Shown one piece after another: positions 37,797 to 44,219 of a stretch of DNA of 64,000 nt. Position 1 is the stretch's first letter, and each line of letters starts with the position of its first letter. The translations under genes were made by a program, and so were the position numbers. The DNA is from Candidatus Undinarchaeota archaeon (GTDB lineage: Archaea > Undinarchaeota > Undinarchaeia > Undinarchaeales > UBA543): NCBI GenBank assembly GCA_964567575.1, contig CAZMMZ010000001.1:35800-99799 (forward strand), in the 5' to 3' direction. A model generated the notes under the pieces. The model was not told the origin of the DNA. It saw only the letters and a list, made by a program, of their open reading frames with translations, and searched no databases.

Positions 37797-38201
37797 TTAC
37801 TCAGCTGGAGCTTCTTCAGGTGCAGGTTCTTCTGCAGGTGCTTCTTCCGCTGGTGCTTCAGGTGCAGGTTCTTCAACCGGTGCTTCTGGAGCAGGTTCTT
37901 CTGCAGGTGCTTCTTCCGCTGGTGCGGTTTCAGCTTCTACTGGTGCTGCTTCTGGTGCAGCTCCTGCAAGAGCAGCCATTTCCTTGATTTTTGCGCAAAC
38001 GAAGTCGACAACTTCAGGTGCATCAGGAATGGTGAAGCTCTTTTTGAACCTCTTGGATCCGTCAGGTGCAAAGAAGCCGCGTGAAATCGCGATGAACTCA
38101 TTGGTTCCTTCCTCTGCTATAGCCCTTTTTCTAGCAACTTCTAAGAAGTTGTTGTTTCCGAAGGGTACTTCCTCAGCTTTAATTGTTTCAAATTCTACCA
38201 T
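37797..38201 (-). CDS. small protein with a possible PC4-like ssDNA-binding domain and an Ala/Pro/Glu repeat tail
   Basis: GGAGG about 9 nt upstream of the ATG. The N-terminal 75 aa (FLEVARKR...EFIAISRGFFAPDGSKRFKKSFTIP) loosely fits the PC4 pattern. The tail is (A/P)(A/P)EE repeats. Confidence 0.5.
   Translation of the reverse strand: MVEFETIKAEEVPFGNNNFLEVARKRAIAEEGTNEFIAISRGFFAPDGSKRFKKSFTIPDAPEVVDFVCAKIKEMAALAGAAPEAAPVEAETAPAEEAPAEEPAPEAPVEEPAPEAPAEEAPAEEPAPEEAPAE
37823..37926. repeat. perfect 35-nt direct repeat at 69-nt period inside the coding tail
   Basis: gcaggttcttctgcaggtgcttcttccgctggtgc at 37823-37857 and 37892-37926. Confidence 0.85.
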
Positions 38202-38309
38202 TTTTTGTTTCCTCCAAATAAGTACAACAAGAATCTAGCATTTACCTAGTTCCTAATTTGTAACTTTTTGCAGTCTAAAACTAGAATAAGTGATTTAAAA
38301 AGTTTGCGT

Positions 38310-39245
38310 TTACACTTCTTTCGCTACATCCATACCACCAACAAGATCAGTGATGCTTTTTATTTCTTGCAGTTCCTTACTGAGCTGACCCCCTTCTGCC
38401 ATTATTCCCATGAGCTTGTTAGCAACTCCTATAAATCCTGTGCAGCTGCAGGCAGTCATATCTGTGGCGCGAACGGAGCAGAATTTTATACTTAGCATTT
38501 CAGCAGGCCCAGCCATGTCCTCAACTTCATACTGTTCTTCTGTCAGTGTGGCGAGAATGTAAATGCCTTGCGCTTCCTCTGCAATTGTGCTGGTTTTTAT
38601 TTTATATCCTGGATATTTTTCCAAAAGGAATTTCAATTTCTCAGGAGATTTGTATTCGCGCACAGAGTCTCCAAAAATTTCTTCAGCATTCATTAAACTC
38701 AAAACGCTTTTAACATCAAGACAACTTGGATCATCTTTCTCAAAAGTATCTTCAATCCCAATAAACGCTCCAATGTCTAGGCCGACGCTTTCTGCTTTTG
38801 GAAGCATGAACCCGGAAAACGAAGCTGATATTATGAAAATCAAAATCAACGCTCCTACAATTTTCTTCCAGTCTCTGAATATATTTTTGAATGAAGCAAA
38901 GAATTTGTATTCTTTTGCTTTCCGTTCTGCGCGGAAAAAGAATCCGAATCCAGTTGCCATGAAAATCGCAATTATTAATCCTGCACCCAATATGAATAAC
39001 GGCTCGGCGATGATTCCGATTATTCCTCCTGGTCTGTAGAAATTGTATCGAACTAATCCTTGCGCAGCGAAATACACAAAAATTCCCAAACAGATTTTGA
39101 GAAGCTGTCGCTTCCAGAATTTCGGTTTTGGAATTCCAAGTCGTGCGATTCCTCCGAAAAATAATATTGTGAAAATTATACCAATTATCCACGCAGTTGG
39201 CAGGATTTTCGGCGCGAGTGTTATTAATTGTGATAAATCAACCAT
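38310..39245 (-). CDS. membrane protein with a C-terminal soluble domain
   Basis: 311 aa with about 5 TM segments in the first 170 aa. Confidence 0.55.
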   Translation of the reverse strand: MVDLSQLITLAPKILPTAWIIGIIFTILFFGGIARLGIPKPKFWKRQLLKICLGIFVYFAAQGLVRYNFYRPGGIIGIIAEPLFILGAGLIIAIFMATGFGFFFRAERKAKEYKFFASFKNIFRDWKKIVGALILIFIISASFSGFMLPKAESVGLDIGAFIGIEDTFEKDDPSCLDVKSVLSLMNAEEIFGDSVREYKSPEKLKFLLEKYPGYKIKTSTIAEEAQGIYILATLTEEQYEVEDMAGPAEMLSIKFCSVRATDMTACSCTGFIGVANKLMGIMAEGGQLSKELQEIKSITDLVGGMDVAKEV

Positions 39246-39328
39246 ACAGCGGATATAGGGTTGTCATTTAAATATTTGCTCTTCCGAAAGGAATAAAATA
39301 CAGTTTGTTCTCTATTATAATATGGTGA

Positions 39329-39643
39329 ATGAGAAACCTCCTAAAAAGAAACTTGCAAGTTATTTGCAGAAACGAAAAAAAGAATTACCAACCTATAAGC
39401 AGCTTTCTAGTGAATTTAAACGTCTTAGTAAAATTAATTGGTTCAAACCCAGAAGAATTGGCTTCTGCACGTGAGGAGGCGGCTAGCGATTTTGCACACC
39501 ATATCATGGCAGTTTTCTATGACGATAAAAAAGATCCAGCTGATCATTTAATTTGTTTATGGGAAATGGGATTCAATGTTATTGGTGTTACTAAAGGCGA
39601 TACAACTCCTGTTACATTCTTTTTAGATTATTTCAAAAAATAA
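39329..39643 (+). CDS. hypothetical protein (5' end uncertain)
   Basis: 104-aa ORF. An overlapping frame from ATG 39322 is also open for about 50 codons. Confidence 0.35.
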   Translation: MRNLLKRNLQVICRNEKKNYQPISSFLVNLNVLVKLIGSNPEELASAREEAASDFAHHIMAVFYDDKKDPADHLICLWEMGFNVIGVTKGDTTPVTFFLDYFKK

Positions 39644-39644
39644 A

Positions 39645-39920
39645 TTAATAATTCTGCGAGAAGTCATATATTTTTCTTGTATTACCAGCTGGTCCGCGCA
39701 TATTAATTTCCAATTTTAATTTGTTCTTTTTCCCGAAATTTTTTAATTGTTTATACTGCTCACGCGTGAGGTCGCGAAAAGCAGCGAGCACGCTCTTGGT
39801 TTCAGGGTTTTTTATATAACTAGCATCTATATCTTTAGTGTCAAATTTTCGCACAAATTCCTTTAATTCAGTGTGATCTGTTTCAAAGTGAATATTCACT
39901 TCGTAGCTGTGTTCAACCAT
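39645..39920 (-). CDS. hypothetical protein
   Basis: 91-aa ORF with no recognised motif. Confidence 0.45.
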   Translation of the reverse strand: MVEHSYEVNIHFETDHTELKEFVRKFDTKDIDASYIKNPETKSVLAAFRDLTREQYKQLKNFGKKNKLKLEINMRGPAGNTRKIYDFSQNY

Positions 39921-39965
39921 TATACTCTTCTTATTAATTCTGATAGTATGAAATTGTATACAAGA

Positions 39966-40337
39966 TCAACAATTACTGGGTTTCCTCCCCCCCTCTACCT
40001 GTACGAGTCGGATTAATACTTCTTTTGACTTATTTGAAGGAAGTATCTCATTTACTATTGATTTTTCTGTTAGTTTATTCTCAAGATATGTGGCTTTTTC
40101 TTGAAAGCTGTCACATTTATTATACATTTTAACAATCTCTTGTATTTCATCAACTATCCTTTCTGGTTTCATAGTAAATACACTATAGTTGCACTTGCTT
40201 TTAACTTTTTCGCTTATCTTCTTGAAATTTTTCCTTGAAATCCCCTTGTCTATACACTTGTATAGAAGGGGTTGTTTGATTAATTGTTTAGTTGATTTAG
40301 CTGCCAATTCCACAGCATAATCGCTATGCACCGGCAC
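39966..40337 (-). CDS. hypothetical protein
   Basis: 123-aa ORF with no recognised motif. Confidence 0.45.
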   Translation of the reverse strand: MPVHSDYAVELAAKSTKQLIKQPLLYKCIDKGISRKNFKKISEKVKSKCNYSVFTMKPERIVDEIQEIVKMYNKCDSFQEKATYLENKLTEKSIVNEILPSNKSKEVLIRLVQVEGGRKPSNC

Positions 40338-40442
40338 TATTCACAGTCCCCTTCAAAGGCCTTGGAAAATTCTCTTTATTTTCACACACAAATTCCACAC
40401 ACAGTCTAATTCACACATAATTTATTCGTAAATGTTTGTAGT

Positions 40443-40722
40443 ATTTTTTCGGTCTCATCTCTCACAAACGCGTATTTCACACACGAAATATGTATATATC
40501 TCTAGATCCTACTATATTCCTCTCACAAATGGCGCCGGTAGTTTAGCCTGGTATGACATGAGCTTCCCAAGCTTATAACCCGAGTTCGAATCTCGGCCGG
40601 CGCACCACTCCTTTCTCACAAACTACCCTATTTCTCACATAATAGGGACATTTGTCACTTATTTAACTCTCACAAACGAAGTTTTTAGTACATTTCTGGT
40701 GCGTCGCTTGCTATCGGTTTTG
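40443..40722. repeat. left arm of a long imperfect inverted repeat with an octamer array CTCACAAA
   Basis: CTCACAAA at 40461, 40522, 40615 and 40669; CTCACATA at 40634. 16-nt block TAACTCTCACAAACGA at 40664-40679. 19-nt block TCGCTTGCTATCGGTTTTG at 40704-40722. Confidence 0.8.
40532..40607 (+). tRNA. tRNA-Gly (anticodon CCC), CCA encoded
   Basis: Hand fold: acceptor GCGCCGG/CCGGCGC, anticodon stem TGAGC/GCTTA with loop TTCCCAA, T-arm CCGAG-TTCGAAT-CTCGG. Confidence 0.85.
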
Positions 40723-40824
40723 TAAAATGGGTTGGTTTTAACTCTCAACACTTCAAGCACCGCAAACAACCACGGAAAGTATATTCTCTACAATATAAAT
40801 TCTACATCTCACAGCAAAAATCCT

Positions 40825-40848
40825 AAAAGGTGACGTTCGTCACCTTTT
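40825..40848. repeat. perfect 24-bp palindrome AAAAGGTGACGTTCGTCACCTTTT
   Basis: Read directly. Contains TGACG/CGTCA half-sites that recur downstream. Confidence 0.85.
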
Positions 40849-41150
40849 GTCTATATTCTCTGATTAAGGGGGATATTCGGTGCATTTCCTGATATTTGGC
40901 AGATCTTGTATATTCTCTTTATTTTCACACATTTCATACTGAAACAACTCTTTTAGTACAGATCTTATAGTGGATAACCCGTCATGCGACAGATGCGACG
41001 CATCTGACGTATTTTTAATGACATATGTCTTGCTTTTATTTTTTACACTACAACTTTTGTTCGTGAGCTAAAATTTCTCCAAAATCCGTCATACGACACG
41101 TCATTTCAAAAACAGAAAGGTATTTAAACCAGAAATCACCATCTATCACT

Positions 41151-41708
41151 ATGAGTTTGCTCTCAATTTTCAGACGAAAAGACAAGAAAGCGTCGCATGA
41201 CGCGTCATGCGACACGTCAACTAGCAAAGATGACACGTCAGATCCGTCATCTTACGCTTTTGATGTAACAAGGGAAGTTGAGCATACTCAGCCTAAGTTA
41301 GAGGACCCCTTGATATCGATTTCTCGACAACTTACACAGCTACAATTCCAGGTTGGTGAGTTAAAACCAAGCATAGAGTCTGGAGTTGAAAGCCTCCGTG
41401 AAGACCATTACCGTATTATTGAGGAGCAAGCCAACAGCGTGAAAGATTATAAAGAACATTTGTCCAATCGTTTGCAAAACCTGAAGCAAGCGACACATTC
41501 GGCAGAGGACGAAATTGAGAAACTAGAAATAGATCAGAAAATTGTTGAAGCCCTTGAGGGAGGGGAGAAGCGCGCTGTTGAACTTGCTAACCAACTTGAA
41601 GCAAGTCGACAATATGTGTCTGACAGATTGAAAGTTTTGCTTGAATTAAAGCAAGTTGAGAAAATTAAACGAAGTCGTAAAGTGTATTATACCTTGAAAT
41701 CTCATTAA
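41151..41708 (+). CDS. coiled-coil protein with a C-terminal winged-helix DNA-binding domain
   Basis: 185 aa. The C-terminus RAVELANQLEASRQYVSDRLKVLLELKQVEKIKRSRKVYYTL is ArsR/MarR-like. The 5' end is encoded by palindromic DNA, so the start is uncertain. Confidence 0.55.
   Translation: MSLLSIFRRKDKKASHDASCDTSTSKDDTSDPSSYAFDVTREVEHTQPKLEDPLISISRQLTQLQFQVGELKPSIESGVESLREDHYRIIEEQANSVKDYKEHLSNRLQNLKQATHSAEDEIEKLEIDQKIVEALEGGEKRAVELANQLEASRQYVSDRLKVLLELKQVEKIKRSRKVYYTLKSH
41192..41213. repeat. perfect 22-bp palindrome GTCGCATGACGCGTCATGCGAC
   Basis: Read directly. It explains why the ORFs on both strands encode SHDASCD. Confidence 0.9.
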
Positions 41709-41722
41709 AAATCGGGCGCAGC

Positions 41723-41830
41723 CTACTTCTTTTGTCGTGCTGCCTTTTTCTTACGAGTGCGGATTTTCTTCTTTGTAGTTCTCCATCTCTCGCGTCCTTT
41801 CTTCTTAAAATTGCGTGGTCTACGTTTCAT
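41723..41830 (-). CDS. 35-aa polybasic peptide, possibly ribosomal protein eL41-like
   Basis: MKRRPRNFKKKGRERWRTTKKKIRTRKKKAARQKK, with a TATA-like aaatataaagg about 30 nt upstream. The eL41 resemblance is from memory only. Confidence 0.4.
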   Translation of the reverse strand: MKRRPRNFKKKGRERWRTTKKKIRTRKKKAARQKK

Positions 41831-41914
41831 CGTGCCTTTCTGTTGAAATAAGTCCTTTATATTTGTTTGCACAAACTGGAAAAGTATAAAAACAAAGATC
41901 TCTATATGTAGTAT

Positions 41915-42217
41915 ATGGAAGTTGCATATCTCTTTGTTGAAGTGCGGTCGCAGAAATTTAAAGAAGGTATGCAGGCGTTTGGTTTTAAGAAGAAAGACAC
42001 CAGGGGAACTAAATATTTATCGGAAAAGAAGAACTTTGAGAACTTACTTGCAAAGAAAATTTCTAATATTCCTGAGTGTTGGCTTATTGTAACGCCACTT
42101 GAAAATGAATCGGTGTTAACGGCATTTTCTAAATCCATTTATATTAAAGACAGGGATGAATTATTAAAAAATTACAGAGTTTTTTCGAATGTTGGTTCAT
42201 TCGAAGTAAAACCTTAG
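41915..42217 (+). CDS. hypothetical protein
   Basis: 100-aa ORF. Its stop is immediately followed by the third copy of the 19-nt block. Confidence 0.4.
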   Translation: MEVAYLFVEVRSQKFKEGMQAFGFKKKDTRGTKYLSEKKNFENLLAKKISNIPECWLIVTPLENESVLTAFSKSIYIKDRDELLKNYRVFSNVGSFEVKP

Positions 42218-42236
42218 TCGCTTGCTATTGGTTTTG
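42218..42236. repeat. third (internal) copy of the 19-nt block, one mismatch
   Basis: TCGCTTGCTATTGGTTTTG versus TCGCTTGCTATCGGTTTTG at 40704 (+) and 43900-43918 (-). Confidence 0.8.
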
Positions 42237-42285
42237 CAGCATACAAAACTATAAAAACCCATAAAACTATTAGTGTTTGATTAAT

Positions 42286-42567
42286 ATGAGTGATGATCCA
42301 AAAGTAAGAATTTTTTCCATTTCAGGGAGAACAGCCCCTGTCAAAACACTACTTGAAAACAGGTTGTTTTGTGAAGGCTAAGACAAAATCTACTACTGCA
42401 ACGCCCTTGGTAAAACTATAACTTGTGTACCTGGATTTAAAAATACTTGGTCAATTATTGGGGAATTTGACACCCCTGGTATTCGGACGTTTCATTATGA
42501 GTTCAACAAACTATCGAATAAGTTAAATGTGAAGTGTTCTGACTATGTGACCCCTGTTTTTAAATAA
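42286..42567 (+). pseudogene. 93-codon reading frame interrupted by one in-frame TAA (42379-42381)
   Basis: ATG 42286, 31 codons, TAA, then 61 further stop-free codons in the same frame with no internal Met, ending at TAA 42565-42567. Confidence 0.35.
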
Positions 42568-42574
42568 TATATAA

Positions 42575-43168
42575 TCAGTCGCTTCCTCTCGCTTTTGCAG
42601 TTTGAACTAATGAATCATATTCACTTGCAATATGCGTCCAGAATTTACTGAATTGTGTACTAGGTCTCACAATTTTCTTATAGAATTTCTGCTTTGAGTG
42701 TTCGTGATGGAATTCTTCACGCTCTAAACGCACCATTCCAACACGTCGCAAACGTGGCAGAACAACATTGTAAAACGTTGCTTTTGAGAAGTCTTTTTCA
42801 CGAATAAACGCTCCAATATCATCTCCACGCATCACATGATTCGCGAACAACTTATTCATGAATTCTATTGCGATCAAATGATATTTTCGCTGATATTTCG
42901 GTGGAAACACCAATTCAAGGATTTGATTGAGCTCCAGCCTAACGTTTTTGTGATATGCCCAATCTCCGCGCAATCTCTTAATATCATCGAGCCACATTGA
43001 CTCTTTGCTTGGAACACCCCGTGATGCAGGACCCCCGACTGAAATTGTTGGTTTTTTTCGCTGATCTGCTTCAACAACTTGCACAACTTCGGATGCGTAC
43101 TCTATATCATTATGGTGTTTTTTATCCATGGTTTGCGGTATGCTATCTTGGTATTTAAAACTTACCAT
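42575..43168 (-). CDS. hypothetical protein, possible C-terminal winged helix
   Basis: 197 aa. SKATFYNVVLPRLRRVGMVRLE is a wHTH-like segment. The ATG lies at the centre of palindrome TACCATAATGGTA (43163-43175). Confidence 0.5.
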   Translation of the reverse strand: MVSFKYQDSIPQTMDKKHHNDIEYASEVVQVVEADQRKKPTISVGGPASRGVPSKESMWLDDIKRLRGDWAYHKNVRLELNQILELVFPPKYQRKYHLIAIEFMNKLFANHVMRGDDIGAFIREKDFSKATFYNVVLPRLRRVGMVRLEREEFHHEHSKQKFYKKIVRPSTQFSKFWTHIASEYDSLVQTAKARGSD

Positions 43169-43200
43169 AATGGTAGACTCGGCCAGGTACTCGCGCGCCC

Positions 43201-43392
43201 AAAAACCTGTTTCGGTTTACTATTATGGTGTGGTTGCGCGATTTCTATTGACAGGGGCTAGGGTACACGGTTAACAAGATGTTTTTCCCAAAGAGTTTGA
43301 GAAAAACCTGTCGGCAGTTTATTGTAATGGTGTTATTTATGGGATTTTAAATTTCAAAAAAATAGAAAGGGTGAAAAACACCGTTATGGTGT
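43201..43392. repeat. imperfect ~32-nt direct repeats (AAAAACCTGT..CGG..TTTAyTrTwATGGTGT)
   Basis: Copies at 43201-43233 and 43302-43333, and a partial copy at 43374-43392. TTATGGTGT also occurs at 43110. Confidence 0.7.
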
Positions 43393-43401
43393 TTTTCGTG
43401 A

Positions 43402-43746
43402 TTATCCGCCTTCGAAAGTTTCTTGTTCTTTGATCTGCAGTGTTAAACTCTTGAAAAGCAAATTTTCAAAATCTGAAGCAAGACTGTGTCCAGATTCTGT
43501 AAGTTTGATATATTTCACACGGCCGTCCTTGTTAAATTCAACAAGTCCATGTTCCTGCATCTTTTGAAGCAGTTTCACAGTGTGAGCATACGTGCAATCG
43601 ATCTTTTTTGCAAGATTTGACGCGTATGCATCTTTATCAGTACGTTTTATGTGTACAAGCAGCCTAGCTGGCTTTTTTCTTAAAAACATTTCTTCTAGTT
43701 CTGTATTAACATTCATTAGTAAACCCCTCAAATGTTCTAACTCCAC
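43402..43746 (-). CDS. winged-helix transcriptional regulator (MarR/ArsR/TrmB-like)
   Basis: 114 aa: YASNLAKKIDCTYAHTVKLLQKMQEHGLVEFNKDGRVKYIKLTESG. Confidence 0.65.
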   Translation of the reverse strand: MELEHLRGLLMNVNTELEEMFLRKKPARLLVHIKRTDKDAYASNLAKKIDCTYAHTVKLLQKMQEHGLVEFNKDGRVKYIKLTESGHSLASDFENLLFKSLTLQIKEQETFEGG

Positions 43747-43899
43747 AAAAACTAGGCCGATTCACACCAATTTCCACCCAAAGTCACTGGTTGCGAGAGT
43801 TAGATTTTATATCCTCCAAAACAGGTTTTGGAAAGACATCATTTCTAAAGCGGTGTTCCTATATAACCTTTTTCTTTTCTGCAAATTCCTTGCTTTTTG

Positions 43900-44219
43900 C
43901 AAAACCGATAGCAAGCGAATCATCTGGGGTAATACTCAAATCCTCGTTTGTGAGAGTTACGGCTACTACTTAAACGCGAATAATTTGAGATCAGGGAAAA
44001 ATGTTAGAGAAAATGTAAAAATTAGTAATTTGTGAGACCGCAAAAATAGGTCTCACCCCAGATTTTTGTGAGGATGCAAAATGTGAGAAAACACCTCCTT
44101 GCTTGCGCATGGAGATGCGGTTTGTGAGGGTCCGATGGGGAATTTACTGGATTTGAATGACCCAAATTTACCCCCAAACTTGAAAATATTTTTGTGAGAG
44201 TTTCGAAACCGAAAAAATG
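43900..44219. repeat. right arm of the long imperfect inverted repeat with an octamer array TTTGTGAG
   Basis: TTTGTGAG at 43948, 44030, 44066, 44122 and 44192; AATGTGAG at 44081. Reverse complements of the 19-nt block at 43900-43918 and the 16-nt block at 43945-43960. Confidence 0.8.

Noticed and set aside
39322-39643. Possible frameshift joining frame 39322 (MVNEKPPKKKLASYLQKRKKELPTYKQLSSEFKRLSKIN…) to frame 39329 (…GSNPEELASAREEAASDF…)
   Set aside because: Both frames look protein-like over about 50 codons, but there is no homopolymer or slippery site at the presumed junction and no homology evidence. It cannot be decided from sequence alone.
42379-42381. Stop-codon reassignment (TAA as sense) to explain the in-frame TAA
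   Set aside because: TAA, TAG and TGA all terminate well-supported genes in this window at the expected protein lengths, so the standard code applies.
40443-44219. CRISPR array interpretation of the repeated octamers
   Set aside because: The repeat unit is only 8-16 nt, the spacing is irregular (15-93 nt), the two clusters are in opposite orientation, and no cas genes are present.
40532-44219. Classical integrase-mediated insertion into tRNA-Gly
   Set aside because: I found no tyrosine or serine recombinase and no direct repeat of the tRNA 3' half (…TTCGAATCTCGGCCGGCGC) elsewhere in the window. The bounding repeats are inverted, not direct.
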